Assembly (NCBI GenBank): GCA_905235205.1
Contig: CAJOKM010000004.1
Location: 1,879 to 65,878 of the forward strand
From: an uncultured Clostridia bacterium
GTDB taxonomy: Bacteria > Bacillota > Clostridia > Christensenellales > CAG-138
Length of the DNA stretch: 64,000 bases
Reading direction: 5' to 3'
A program made the translations under genes and the position numbers. Numbering within the stretch: the first letter of the stretch is position 1; each line of letters opens with the position of its first letter. The notes beneath the pieces were generated by a model. The model was given only the letters and a program-made list of their open reading frames with translations, was not told where the DNA came from and did not search any database. This document shows positions 27,301 to 36,445 of the stretch, in pieces.

Positions 27301-27329
27301 ATCTTACAACAATCGTTCCCAAAAAGCAA
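27301..27329 (-). promoter_or_regulatory. sigma-A type promoter for tRNA-Ser(GGA)
   Basis: Minus-strand TTGCTT (27329-27324), 17-nt spacer, TAAGAT (27306-27301). Confidence 0.4.
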
Positions 27330-27389
27330 GTGATTTTTTCGACTTGCCGAGGCATCAGCACAGAAAAAACAAAAATGTTGAAAAAAGTG

Positions 27390-27417
27390 CTTGCTTTTTT
27401 TCTGAAACCGTGTATAA
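27390..27417 (+). promoter_or_regulatory. sigma-A type promoter for tRNA-Ala
   Basis: TTGCTT (27390-27395), 16-nt spacer, TATAAT (27412-27417), 14 nt before the tRNA 5' end. Confidence 0.5.
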
Positions 27418-27431
27418 TGATTTCTGTTCGC

Positions 27432-27506
27432 GGGGCATTAGCACAGTTGGTAGCGCGCAACGTTCGCAATGTTGAGGTCAGGAGTTCGAATCTCCTATGC
27501 TCCACC
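27432..27506 (+). tRNA. tRNA-Ala (anticodon CGC)
   Basis: Acceptor GGGGCAT/ATGCTCC with the G3:U70 alanine identity pair, anticodon loop TTCGCAA, T-loop GGTTCGAATCC-like AGGAGTTCGAATCTCCT, encoded CCA. Confidence 0.9.
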
Positions 27507-27546
27507 ACGTCGTCGTAAGTCTCACTTGACTTGCGACGATTTTTTT
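27507..27546 (+). terminator. rho-independent terminator after tRNA-Ala
   Basis: CGTCGTCGTAAGTC-TCACTT-GACTTGCGACGA followed by a T7 run; starts immediately after CCA. Confidence 0.75.
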
Positions 27547-27561
27547 ATGCAGAGGTTATTT

Positions 27562-28101
27562 ATGGAACAAACACGAAAGACTCCGTTCCGCACCGTAGAA
27601 CTTGCCTATATCGCGCTCGGTACGGCGCTGATCGCCGTGTGCGCATGGATCACGGTCCCGTTTACCGTTCCGTTTACGATGCAGCTGTTTGCCGTGTATC
27701 TCGTTCTGCTGCTGATCGGCGGGCGGAACGGCTCGATCTCGATCGCGGTCTATCTGCTGCTCGGCGCGGTCGGCGTACCGGTGTTTTCCGGCTTCAAAGG
27801 CGGGTTCGGCGCGCTGATCGGCATGACGGGCGGGTATCTTGTCGGCATGCTTTTGATCGGACTTGTTTACTGGCTCTCTACGGCGCTGTTCGGCAAAAAA
27901 TGGTTTGTCGAACTCGGTACGCTCGTTTTCGGAACGCTCCTTTGCTACGCGTTCGGCACGGTCTGGTTTTCCGTTTTGAACGGTGAAAAAGGGTTCGCGG
28001 CTTCTCTGATGGTCTGCGTCGTTCCGTTCCTGCTCCCGGACGCAGCAAAGCTCGCGCTCGCGCTTCTGCTCGGCCGCAAACTGCGCCCGCTCATCCCGTA
28101 A
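27562..28101 (+). CDS. bioY: biotin transporter BioY
   Basis: Start MEQTRKTPF inside ORF 27469..28101. TVPFTMQLFAV, GAVGVPVFSG..GG and GGYLVGM are typical BioY blocks. Confidence 0.88.
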   Translation: MEQTRKTPFRTVELAYIALGTALIAVCAWITVPFTVPFTMQLFAVYLVLLLIGGRNGSISIAVYLLLGAVGVPVFSGFKGGFGALIGMTGGYLVGMLLIGLVYWLSTALFGKKWFVELGTLVFGTLLCYAFGTVWFSVLNGEKGFAASLMVCVVPFLLPDAAKLALALLLGRKLRPLIP

Positions 28102-28122
28102 TCAATTTCTTTATAAAACCTC

Positions 28123-28160
28123 TTGACAACGGCAAATATATTTGATACAATATGATTGTA
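28123..28160 (+). promoter_or_regulatory. sigma-A promoter with overlapping OhrR-type operator
   Basis: TTGACA (28123-28128), 17-nt spacer, TACAAT (28146-28151). The -10 is the left arm of the perfect inverted repeat TACAAT-ATG-ATTGTA (28146-28160), which resembles the B. subtilis OhrR box TACAATT-AATTGTA. Confidence 0.65.
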
Positions 28161-28185
28161 CAAAATATTTAGAAGGAGTGTCGGT

Positions 28186-28659
28186 ATGGAATACGATCCC
28201 CGTGAGGCGATGAAGCTCAAGAATCAGTTGTGTTTTCCGCTGTATGCCGCGGCGCGGCATGTGACGGGACTGTATACGCCGTATCTCAGACCGTTGGGGC
28301 TGACGTATACGCAGTACATTGTGTTTCTCTCGCTGTGGGAGAAGGACGGCGTATCGGTCGGCGAGCTTTGTGAGACACTGATGCTGGACAACGGGACGCT
28401 TTCGCCGCTGCTGAAAAAGATGCAGCAGGCGGGGTATCTGGATCGAACGCGCAGCGAAGCCGACGATCGGGTGGTCGTGATCACGCTGACAGAAGCGGGA
28501 AGAGCGCTTAAGGAGAAGGCAAAGGATATTCCGCTGAAGGTGGCGGGATGTATCGCGCTGGCGCCCGAGAAGGCGCAGACGCTTTACACGCTTCTGTATG
28601 AACTTATTGAGAATCAAAAACAGAATCGAAAGGAGCAAACCAATGAAGACAGTCTATGA
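28186..28659 (+). CDS. ohrR: MarR family transcriptional regulator, OhrR subfamily
   Basis: Start MEYDPREAMKLKNQLCFPLYAAAR contains the sensing Cys in the QLCFxLY context. Winged helix LTYTQYIVFLSLWE...VGELCETLMLDNGTLSPLLKKM. A second Cys at residue 122 suggests the 2-Cys type. Confidence 0.8.
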   Translation: MEYDPREAMKLKNQLCFPLYAAARHVTGLYTPYLRPLGLTYTQYIVFLSLWEKDGVSVGELCETLMLDNGTLSPLLKKMQQAGYLDRTRSEADDRVVVITLTEAGRALKEKAKDIPLKVAGCIALAPEKAQTLYTLLYELIENQKQNRKEQTNEDSL

Positions 28660-29188
28660 TTTCACGGTACGGGACAGAAAAGGAAACGACGTCAGCCTTT
28701 CCGACTATGCGGGCAAGGTGCTTTTGATCGTCAACACGGCGACGGGGTGCGGATTTACGCCGCATTACGAACCGCTCGAGGCGATGTACAAGGAACTCAA
28801 GGACAAGGGATTTGAGATCCTGGATTTTCCGTGCAATCAGTTTGCCAATCAGGCGCCGGGCAGCGAGGATGAGATTCACGAGTTCTGCACGCTGAAGTTC
28901 GGCACGGAGTTTCCGCAGTTCAAAAAGATCGACGTCAACGGCGAAAGCGCGGATCCGCTGTTTGCGTTCCTTGCGACGGAGAAACCGTTTGAAGGCTTCG
29001 GCAAGGGAATGAAGAACGCGATGCTGGAGAAGTTTGCCAAGATGAACAACAAGCAGTTCGGCGATAAGGCGTATATCAAGTGGAACTTTACGAAGTTCCT
29101 CGTCGACCGCGAAGGCAACGTCGTCGCGCGGTTTGAACCGACCGTCGACATGGCGGACGTGAAGAAAGCGGTAGAAGCGGCCCTGTAA
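28643..29188 (+). CDS. glutathione peroxidase family thiol peroxidase
   Basis: Start MKTVYDFTV (AAAGGAG upstream) inside ORF 28598..29188. LIVNTATGCGFT, FPCNQFANQAPG, KWNFTKFLVDREG. Overlaps ohrR by 17 nt. Confidence 0.9.
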   Translation: MKTVYDFTVRDRKGNDVSLSDYAGKVLLIVNTATGCGFTPHYEPLEAMYKELKDKGFEILDFPCNQFANQAPGSEDEIHEFCTLKFGTEFPQFKKIDVNGESADPLFAFLATEKPFEGFGKGMKNAMLEKFAKMNNKQFGDKAYIKWNFTKFLVDREGNVVARFEPTVDMADVKKAVEAAL

Positions 29189-29198
29189 GGAGAGACGC

Positions 29199-30326
29199 AT
29201 GAAGGATATCACGACGGCGGCCGCTACCAGGGAAAAAGTCATCGTAAGAACCAGCGTCATCGGGATTCTCACAAACCTGCTGCTGGTCGGATTCAAAGCG
29301 GCGGTTGGCCTGATCTCGAACTCGATCGCGGTCATTTTGGACGCGGTCAACAACCTGTCCGACGCGCTTTCGTCGGTGATTACGATCATCGGCGCGAAGC
29401 TCGGCGCAAAACAGCCGGACAGGAAGCATCCGCTCGGCTACGGCAGGATCGAGTACCTGAGCTCGATGATCGTTGCGGCGCTGGTGCTGTACGCAGGTAT
29501 CACGTCGCTTGTGGAGTCGGTCAAGAAGATCATCCATCCGGAGGCGGCGGAATACAGTACGGTTTCGCTGATCATTATTTCCGTGGCGATCGTCGTCAAG
29601 CTGCTGCTCGGCCTGTACGTGAGAAAACAGGGCAAAAAGGTCAATTCGGGCGCGCTGTCGGCGTCCGGTTCCGACGCGCTGTTCGATGCGATTCTGTCGG
29701 CGTCGGTGCTTGCGAGCGCGATCGTGTATCTGGTCTTCGGGGTCTCCCTGGAAGCGTACGTCGGCGTGGTGATCGCCGGATTCATTATCAAGGCGGGCGT
29801 GGAGATGATGATCGAAACGCTGAACGACATCATCGGCAAGCGTGAGGACAGCGAGTCAACCAAAGAACTCAAACGCATCATCTGCGAAGAGGAAGCCGTG
29901 CTCGGCGCGTATGACGTCACGCTGTTCAATTACGGACCGGACAAGAACTACGGTTCGGTTCATATCGAACTGCCGGATACGCTGACCGTGGACGACGTCG
30001 ACCGGATCACGCGCCGCATCCAGAACGACGTGTTCCAAAAGACGGGCGTGATTCTGACGGGTATCGGCGTGTATTCGCACAATACGTCCGACGACGAGGC
30101 GGCGCAGATGCGCGACGCGGTCCGCAACACGGTGCTCTCGCACGAGTGGGCGCTGCAGATGCACGGATTCTATGCCGATACCGAACGGAAAACGCTGCGC
30201 TTCGACGCGGTCTTGAGCTTTGACGTCGACCGGAAGGAAGCGCTGGAAACGCTGTATAAAGAGGTCTCGGCGCTGTACCCGGATTACGAGCTCCTGATCG
30301 TTCCGGACGCGGATATAACGGACTGA
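29199..30326 (+). CDS. cation diffusion facilitator family transporter
   Basis: Six TM helices with SIAVILDAVNNLSDALSSVI and HPLGYGRIEY, plus a C-terminal cytoplasmic domain. Confidence 0.85.
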   Translation: MKDITTAAATREKVIVRTSVIGILTNLLLVGFKAAVGLISNSIAVILDAVNNLSDALSSVITIIGAKLGAKQPDRKHPLGYGRIEYLSSMIVAALVLYAGITSLVESVKKIIHPEAAEYSTVSLIIISVAIVVKLLLGLYVRKQGKKVNSGALSASGSDALFDAILSASVLASAIVYLVFGVSLEAYVGVVIAGFIIKAGVEMMIETLNDIIGKREDSESTKELKRIICEEEAVLGAYDVTLFNYGPDKNYGSVHIELPDTLTVDDVDRITRRIQNDVFQKTGVILTGIGVYSHNTSDDEAAQMRDAVRNTVLSHEWALQMHGFYADTERKTLRFDAVLSFDVDRKEALETLYKEVSALYPDYELLIVPDADITD

Positions 30327-30345
30327 AACAGATGCGGATTGACGG

Positions 30346-30374
30346 ATCGCACGGTATAACGCCGTGCGATTTTC
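30346..30374 (+). terminator. putative terminator after the CDF gene
   Basis: ATCGCACGG-TATAACG-CCGTGCGAT followed by TTT. Confidence 0.5.
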
Positions 30375-30387
30375 ATATAATGTTCAT

Positions 30388-30416
30388 TTGCTTTTCTGAC
30401 GGGTTCGACTTACAAT
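30388..30416 (+). promoter_or_regulatory. sigma-A type promoter for the dehydrogenase gene
   Basis: TTGCTT (30388-30393), 17-nt spacer, TACAAT (30411-30416). Confidence 0.5.
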
Positions 30417-30435
30417 GAAACCGGAGGGGAAGCCT

Positions 30436-31383
30436 ATGCAGATCGTGATTTTGGACGGATATTGCGTGAACCCGGGCGATGTGGACTGGAGTCCGTTAAA
30501 AGCGTTCGGCACCGTATCGGTGTACGACCGGACGCATCCCGATATGGTCGCGCAGCGGCTGCGCGGCGCCCAGATCGCGTTTGTCAATAAAGTCAGGCTG
30601 AACCGTGACGTTCTGTTCGGCGCGAGACAGCTGAAGTATATCGGGGTGCTTGCGACCGGCTACGACGTTGTAGACCTTGCCGCGGCGCGAGAACGCGGCA
30701 TTACGGTTACGAACGTGCCCGCATACGGCACCGAAGCGGTCGCGCAGCATACGATTGCTTTGCTTTTGGCGCTGTGTCAGCATGTGGAGCATCATGCGGC
30801 GCTCGTGCAGAAAGGCGCATGGACGGCGCAGCCGGATTTCTCCTGGTTTGAGATCGCGCCGGTGCTGCTGCACGGCAAAACGTTCGGGGTTCTCGGCTGC
30901 GGACGGATCGGGTCGCGCGTTGCGAAGATCGCGGACGCGCTCGGCATGCGCGTGATCGGAACGAATCCGACGGAGCGCGCAGGATTTCCCGGGAAATACG
31001 TCCCCCTCGAAACGCTGTTAAAAGAGTCCGACGTCATCAGCCTGCACTGCCCGGCAAAAGCGGACACGGTGGGCCTGTTCCGGAAAGAAACGATCGAGAA
31101 GATGAAGGACGGCGCGATCCTTCTGAACACCGCGCGCGGCAGTCTTGTTTCCGAAACCGACGTGCGCGACGCGCTGCAGTCCGGCAAGCTCGGCGGCTAC
31201 GGCGCGGACGTCGTGTCCGAAGAGCCGATCAGGCTTCGAAATCCGCTGCTCGGCGCGCCGAACTGTCTCATCACCTCGCATTATGCCTGGACGCCGAAAC
31301 CCATGCGTCAGAGGATCATCGACGTTTCGGCGGAGAATCTCGCGGCGTATTTATCCGGGCGGCCAATCAACGTCGTCTCATGA
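30436..31383 (+). CDS. D-2-hydroxyacid dehydrogenase (glycerate/phosphoglycerate dehydrogenase family)
   Basis: Start MQIVILDGY (GGAGGGG upstream). NAD motif GVLGCGRIGSRVA, and catalytic region LNTARGSLV...HYAW. Confidence 0.85.
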   Translation: MQIVILDGYCVNPGDVDWSPLKAFGTVSVYDRTHPDMVAQRLRGAQIAFVNKVRLNRDVLFGARQLKYIGVLATGYDVVDLAAARERGITVTNVPAYGTEAVAQHTIALLLALCQHVEHHAALVQKGAWTAQPDFSWFEIAPVLLHGKTFGVLGCGRIGSRVAKIADALGMRVIGTNPTERAGFPGKYVPLETLLKESDVISLHCPAKADTVGLFRKETIEKMKDGAILLNTARGSLVSETDVRDALQSGKLGGYGADVVSEEPIRLRNPLLGAPNCLITSHYAWTPKPMRQRIIDVSAENLAAYLSGRPINVVS

Positions 31384-31429
31384 CCCGCAGGATCGGATTT
31401 TCGCATCAAAAACAGGTCAACTGTGTACC

Positions 31430-31465
31430 GGCTCCCGCCTTTGGGAGCCTTTTCGGTTTCTTTTC
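31430..31465 (+). terminator. rho-independent terminator after the dehydrogenase gene
   Basis: GGCTCCC-GCCTTT-GGGAGCC followed by TTTTCGGTTTCTTTT. Confidence 0.65.
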
Positions 31466-31554
31466 CGAAATGCCATCTTGCGTTTACAATTAGCACTTGC
31501 AAAAAATGCAGTTTTCGGGTAAACTATACCCATCTATTCTCGGAGCTGTATGTC

Positions 31555-32865
31555 ATGTTTGTATGGACCGAATCGACGTGGATGGAATGTGGCGTTTCGC
31601 GTTCAGACGGCGTACTCGCTGCACTTTCGGGCGGCGCGGACTCCGTGGCGCTGCTGCTGGGTCTTTGCGCTCTCAGAACGGAAGGGAAGATCGCGCGGCT
31701 ATGTGCGGCGCATCTGCATCACGGGATCCGCGCACAGGAAGCGGACGCGGACGAAGCGTTCTCGAAAGCGCTGTGCGAATCGCTGCAGGTTCCGTTTCGT
31801 TCGGAGCGGGTCGACGTTCTGGCGCTTGCCGCATCGCAGGGGATCTCCGTTGAGCTTGCCGCAAGAAACGCCAGATACGCGTTTCTGGAACAGGTGCGAA
31901 CCGAACAGCGGCTTCAAGTGATCGCGCTCGGGCATCACCGGGACGATCAGGCGGAAACGCTTCTGCTGCATCTTTTGCGCGGCAGCGGAACCGACGGTCT
32001 TGCCGCCATGCGCATCCGGACCGGGAACCTGATCCGGCCGCTTCTTCGAACGGGCAAAGACGAGATCCTTGCCTTCCTGTCCGAGCGCGGACAGCCGTAC
32101 CGGACGGATTCCACAAACCTGATCCCGGACGCGACGCGAAACAGGATCCGCCTTTCGGTCCTTCCGACGATGGAGGAAATCAATCCGGCGGTAAAACGCA
32201 CGCTTGCCGAAACGGCGGCGCGCGTCGGCGAGGATGCTGCGTATCTCGGGCTGCTTGCGGATCGTGCGCTGCATGCGTGCGGATCGGATCGAACGAAACT
32301 GCTTGCGCTCGACCGGCCGATCCGGCTGCGGGTGCTGAAACGGCTTTTGCCGTATGAAGACTTCACGCGTGCCGACCTGTTGCGGCTTGACGAACTGCTG
32401 CACGGACAGACGGGCGACACCGCGACGCTGAAAAACGGGGTCATCGCGTGGCTGGACGCAAACACGCTTCGCTTTGACGGCGAAAAGCCGGAGCCGTACC
32501 GCGTTTCGCTTCCCGAAGAAGGAACGGTAAGGCTTCCGAACGGAACGCTTCGCATGGAATACGTTGAAGCGGCATTCGTTCCGTGCGGCGCAAACGAGGC
32601 GTACGTCGACGCAGACCGGCTGACGGGAACGCTTACGGCGCGTTCGCCGGAAAAAGGAGACCGGTTCACGCCGTTCGGAATGAAGGGGAGCAGGCTTTTA
32701 AGCGATTGCTACACCGATCGCAAGGTGGGAAGGTTTTTCAGGAACGGTCCGGTCGTTTGTGACGAAAAAGGCGTTGTGTTCGTTGCGGGACTGACGATTG
32801 ACGAACGGCTGCGTGTGACGGCGCAGACGAAGCGGATATACCATTTTGTTTTTGAGGAGGAATGA
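31555..32865 (+). CDS. tilS: tRNA(Ile)-lysidine synthetase
   Basis: Start MFVWTES... inside ORF 31423..32865. PP-loop LAALSGGADSVALL, LGHHRDDQAETLLLHLLRG. tilS-hpt-ftsH synteny. Confidence 0.88.
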   Translation: MFVWTESTWMECGVSRSDGVLAALSGGADSVALLLGLCALRTEGKIARLCAAHLHHGIRAQEADADEAFSKALCESLQVPFRSERVDVLALAASQGISVELAARNARYAFLEQVRTEQRLQVIALGHHRDDQAETLLLHLLRGSGTDGLAAMRIRTGNLIRPLLRTGKDEILAFLSERGQPYRTDSTNLIPDATRNRIRLSVLPTMEEINPAVKRTLAETAARVGEDAAYLGLLADRALHACGSDRTKLLALDRPIRLRVLKRLLPYEDFTRADLLRLDELLHGQTGDTATLKNGVIAWLDANTLRFDGEKPEPYRVSLPEEGTVRLPNGTLRMEYVEAAFVPCGANEAYVDADRLTGTLTARSPEKGDRFTPFGMKGSRLLSDCYTDRKVGRFFRNGPVVCDEKGVVFVAGLTIDERLRVTAQTKRIYHFVFEEE

Positions 32866-32869
32866 GACC

Positions 32870-33424
32870 ATGTGGGGGAAAAGCTTCATGGCGCAGGACA
32901 TTGAGGAGGTCCTGCTTTCGGAGGAACAGATCAGAAAGCGCGTGCAGGAGCTCGGCGATCAGATCTCCAAGGACTATGACGGTCAGGAGATCATCGTGCT
33001 CTGCGTTCTGAAGGGTGCGAGCATCTTTTTCGCGGATCTGATCCGCGCGATCACGGTGCATACCAAAATGGACTTTATGGCGATTTCGAGCTACGGTGAC
33101 GCGCAGAAGACGAGCGGGATCGTGCGCATTTCGAAGGATATGGACACGAGCATCACCGGAAAGCACGTACTGATCGCGGAGGACATCATGGACAGCGGTC
33201 TGACGCTTTCGTACCTTACGCGCATGCTGAGCGAGCGGCAGCCCGCGTCGATCCGTTCCTGCTGCTTCCTCGACAAGCCGGAGCGCAGAGAATGCGAGAT
33301 CACGCCGGATTACTGCGGATTCGTGATTCCGAACAAGTTCGTGGTCGGCTACGGGCTCGATTACAAGCAGAAATATCGCAACCTGCCGTATATCGGCGTT
33401 TTGAAACCCGAGATCTACAGCTGA
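32870..33424 (+). CDS. hpt: hypoxanthine phosphoribosyltransferase
   Basis: ATG 32870 with GAGGAGG 9 nt upstream. PRPP motif VLIAEDIMDSGLTL and FVVGYGLDY. Confidence 0.92.
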   Translation: MWGKSFMAQDIEEVLLSEEQIRKRVQELGDQISKDYDGQEIIVLCVLKGASIFFADLIRAITVHTKMDFMAISSYGDAQKTSGIVRISKDMDTSITGKHVLIAEDIMDSGLTLSYLTRMLSERQPASIRSCCFLDKPERRECEITPDYCGFVIPNKFVVGYGLDYKQKYRNLPYIGVLKPEIYS

Positions 33425-33464
33425 GATCCCGGAACACGGGCAATCGCCCAAAACGGAGGATACT

Positions 33465-35465
33465 TTGGAAAACAACCCGAACAACAAACGCGGTTTCGAC
33501 CCGCGCCGGCTGATCACGGTCGCCATCTGGGGACTCATTCTCCTCGTGCTGGTGTTCATGGTCACCAACGGCTGCTCATCGAACAAGCCGAAGGAAATCA
33601 ATTACACGGAGTTCGCAAAAAGCTTTGAGGACGGCGAGATCAAGGCCGTCTATGAAGTACTGTCCGGCGGTACGTTCTACGGACTGTATCAATCAAGCGA
33701 AGCGGACGCGGACAAACTGCCCGACAAGGCGGACTTCATTCTCCATATCGACAACGACGAGTTTAAGGAGAACATGAAGATTCTCGTCTCGCAAAAGACG
33801 GGCACGGATGCGGAGTCCGTCACGCAGAGCGACTACGGGTTCGTATACAAATCCGCGATTCCCGAAGGCACGTCGTGGTGGCTGATTCTTTTACAGTACG
33901 TTCCGCTCCTGCTGATCATGATCGTGATGATGGTCTTCATCTACCGGCAGCAGGGCGGCGGCAAGCAGATGATGAACTTCTCAAAGTCGCGCGCGCGGCT
34001 TTCTGATCCCGCGGAGGGCAAGGTGACGTTCAAGGACGTCGCGGGGCTTGTCGAGGAGAAGGAGGAGCTCAAGGAGGTCGTCGACTTCATGCGCGACCAC
34101 AAGCGCTTCACCGAAAACGGCGCAAGGATCCCGAAGGGCGTTCTGCTCGTCGGACCTCCGGGTACCGGTAAAACGCTGATGGCGAAAGCGGTCGCGGGCG
34201 AAGCCGGCGTTCCGTTCTTCTCGATCTCCGGCTCGGACTTTGTGGAGATGTTCGTCGGCGTCGGCGCGTCGCGCGTGCGCGATCTGTTCGACACCGCCAA
34301 GCGAAGCGCACCCGCGGTCGTGTTCATCGACGAGATCGACGCGGTCGGGCGTCAGCGCGGCGCGGGACTCGGCGGCGGTCATGACGAGCGCGAACAGACG
34401 CTCAACCAGCTGCTTGTGGAAATGGACGGCTTTGCCGCAAACGAGGGCATTATCGTTCTCGCGGCAACGAACCGCGCCGACATCCTCGACCCGGCGCTGC
34501 TGCGGCCGGGCCGGTTCGATCGCAGGATTACGGTCGGATACCCGGACGTCAAGGGGCGCGAGGAAATTTTGAAAGTCCATGCGCGCAACAAACACTTTGC
34601 AAAGGACGTCAGCTTAAAGACGCTGGCGCGGCGTACGCCGTACTTCACCGGCGCGGACCTTGAAAACATTCTCAATGAGGCGGCGATCCTCTGCACGCGC
34701 GACAAGCGCAAGGAGATCACGCAGACGGATCTTGAAGAAGCGGTCACCCGCGTGCAGATGGGTCCCGAAAAGAAGAGCCGCGTGGTCACGGAGAAGGACA
34801 AGGAGATCACCGCGTATCATGAATGCGGACACGCGATCCTGGCGCATGAGCTTCCGCAGTGCGACGATCTGCACGAGGTCTCGATCATCTCGCGCGGATG
34901 GGCGGCGGGCTATACGATGATGCTCCCCAAGGAGGACATCCATCATCAGCTCAAATCGCACATGCTCGACGAGATCTGCATGTCGATGGGCGGACGCGTT
35001 GCCGAAAAGATCGTGTTCACCGACGTTTCGACCGGCGCGATCCAGGATCTCAAGAACGCGACGGCGACGGCGCGCAAGATGGTGGAGGAGTACGGCATGT
35101 CCGACGCGGTCGGACCCGTCTTCCTCGGCGGCGACACAGAGGTATTTATCGCCAAGGACTGGGGACACGCCAAGAACTACTCCGAGGAACTGTCCGCCAA
35201 GATCGACGCGGAGATCCGCACGATCCTCGAAGGGCAGTTTGACCGCGCGGAACGGATCCTCAGGGAACACCGGGACGGACTCGACGCCTGCGCGAAGCTG
35301 CTTCTGAAATACGAGCGCGTGACCGGCGAGGAGTTTATCGCGGTCTATCGCGGCGCGGATATGGATGCGGTCATGCATAAAACAACGGTCGAACCGGAGC
35401 CCACGCCCGCCGATGCGGCGGAAACGGAAGCGACGCAGCCCGAAGAACCAACGGAGAATCGCTGA
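33465..35465 (+). CDS. ftsH: ATP-dependent zinc metalloprotease FtsH
   Basis: TTG start. Walker A GPPGTGKT, Walker [13 protein letters not shown] region, zinc site HECGHAI. Confidence 0.95.
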   Translation: MENNPNNKRGFDPRRLITVAIWGLILLVLVFMVTNGCSSNKPKEINYTEFAKSFEDGEIKAVYEVLSGGTFYGLYQSSEADADKLPDKADFILHIDNDEFKENMKILVSQKTGTDAESVTQSDYGFVYKSAIPEGTSWWLILLQYVPLLLIMIVMMVFIYRQQGGGKQMMNFSKSRARLSDPAEGKVTFKDVAGLVEEKEELKEVVDFMRDHKRFTENGARIPKGVLLVGPPGTGKTLMAKAVAGEAGVPFFSISGSDFVEMFVGVGASRVRDLFDTAKRSAPAVVFIDEIDAVGRQRGAGLGGGHDEREQTLNQLLVEMDGFAANEGIIVLAATNRADILDPALLRPGRFDRRITVGYPDVKGREEILKVHARNKHFAKDVSLKTLARRTPYFTGADLENILNEAAILCTRDKRKEITQTDLEEAVTRVQMGPEKKSRVVTEKDKEITAYHECGHAILAHELPQCDDLHEVSIISRGWAAGYTMMLPKEDIHHQLKSHMLDEICMSMGGRVAEKIVFTDVSTGAIQDLKNATATARKMVEEYGMSDAVGPVFLGGDTEVFIAKDWGHAKNYSEELSAKIDAEIRTILEGQFDRAERILREHRDGLDACAKLLLKYERVTGEEFIAVYRGADMDAVMHKTTVEPEPTPADAAETEATQPEEPTENR

Positions 35466-35471
35466 GACAGC

Positions 35472-36302
35472 ATGGACGAGAACCGGTTTGATCTACATAC
35501 GCACAGCATTGTTTCGGACGGAACGGCAACTCCCAAGGAGATTGTCGGCATTGCTGCGCGTTCCGGCATCAAACTGCTTGCGCTGACGGATCACGACAAT
35601 ATCACGGGCGTGCAGGAAGCGCTCGACGCGGGAAAGGAACTCGGCGTTCCAGTGCTGCCGGCGGTCGAAATGGACAACGAGTGGCGGCATGAACTGCACA
35701 TCATCGGACTGGACGTCGATCTTCGCAATCCGACGCTCAACCGCGCGCTGGAGATCGCGCGCGAGCGCCGCGAACGGCGAAACAGGATCATCTACAGCCG
35801 GCTCAAAGAAGCCGGGTACGATATTCAGCCGCTGGTCGGGCGTCCCGAGTCCGTCACAACCAAACTGCACATTGCGCACGCGCTGATCAAGGGCGGATAC
35901 GCGTCCGACGTGCGCGACGCGTTCGTGAAATACCTGCGTCCGGGCACGGTCGGCTACTATACCGAAACGCGGTTCACGCCGCAGCAGGTGATCGATATCA
36001 TCCACCTGGCCGACGGACTCCCGATCCTTGCGCATCCGTGTCACATCCGCGACAATCCGCACGGACTGATCCGCGAACTGTACGATCTCGGCCTGATGGG
36101 GCTTGAAGCGTACTATCCGTCGTCGTCGCAGCGGCAGACGGATATGTACGTGTCGATCGCGCGGCAGTATCGCATGCTTGTGACCTGCGGGAGCGATTTT
36201 CACGGCGACAACCGTCCGGGCGTCGAGATCGGATGCGCGTGGAGAAACGCGCCCGTTCTCGAACACACCTATGAGACGCTTGTGAAACGAATGAATTCGT
36301 GA
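35472..36302 (+). CDS. PHP domain phosphoesterase
   Basis: FDLHTHSIVSDG, LALTDHD and AHPCH histidine-rich motifs. Confidence 0.8.
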   Translation: MDENRFDLHTHSIVSDGTATPKEIVGIAARSGIKLLALTDHDNITGVQEALDAGKELGVPVLPAVEMDNEWRHELHIIGLDVDLRNPTLNRALEIARERRERRNRIIYSRLKEAGYDIQPLVGRPESVTTKLHIAHALIKGGYASDVRDAFVKYLRPGTVGYYTETRFTPQQVIDIIHLADGLPILAHPCHIRDNPHGLIRELYDLGLMGLEAYYPSSSQRQTDMYVSIARQYRMLVTCGSDFHGDNRPGVEIGCAWRNAPVLEHTYETLVKRMNS

Positions 36303-36317
36303 CGGGTTTGTATTTCT

Positions 36318-36346
36318 GTCCCGGCGGTGCTGCCGGGACTTTTTTG
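36318..36346 (+). terminator. rho-independent terminator after the PHP gene
   Basis: GTCCCGGC-GGTGC-TGCCGGGAC followed by a T6 run. Confidence 0.8.
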
Positions 36347-36384
36347 ACGAGCGGCAGGCGCGGCGGTTATTTTTGAATCGGGTC

Positions 36385-36413
36385 TTGCCAAACGGCGGGT
36401 TTTCGGCTATAAT
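36385..36413 (+). promoter_or_regulatory. sigma-A type promoter for the aminopeptidase-efp unit
   Basis: TTGCCA (36385-36390), 17-nt spacer, TATAAT (36408-36413). Confidence 0.6.
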
Positions 36414-36445
36414 ACGTTTGATATAGGCAGAATCGGAGGCAATCC

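Noticed and set aside
26723-27475. A 250-aa plus-strand ORF running from punA through the repeat and both tRNA genes.
   Set aside because: It reads through a tRNA-Ser gene on the opposite strand and through the repeat. Its only conserved peptide (LVARDFRCEGVYNRTENPS) is a by-product of the repeat and is interrupted by a stop in repeat copy C.
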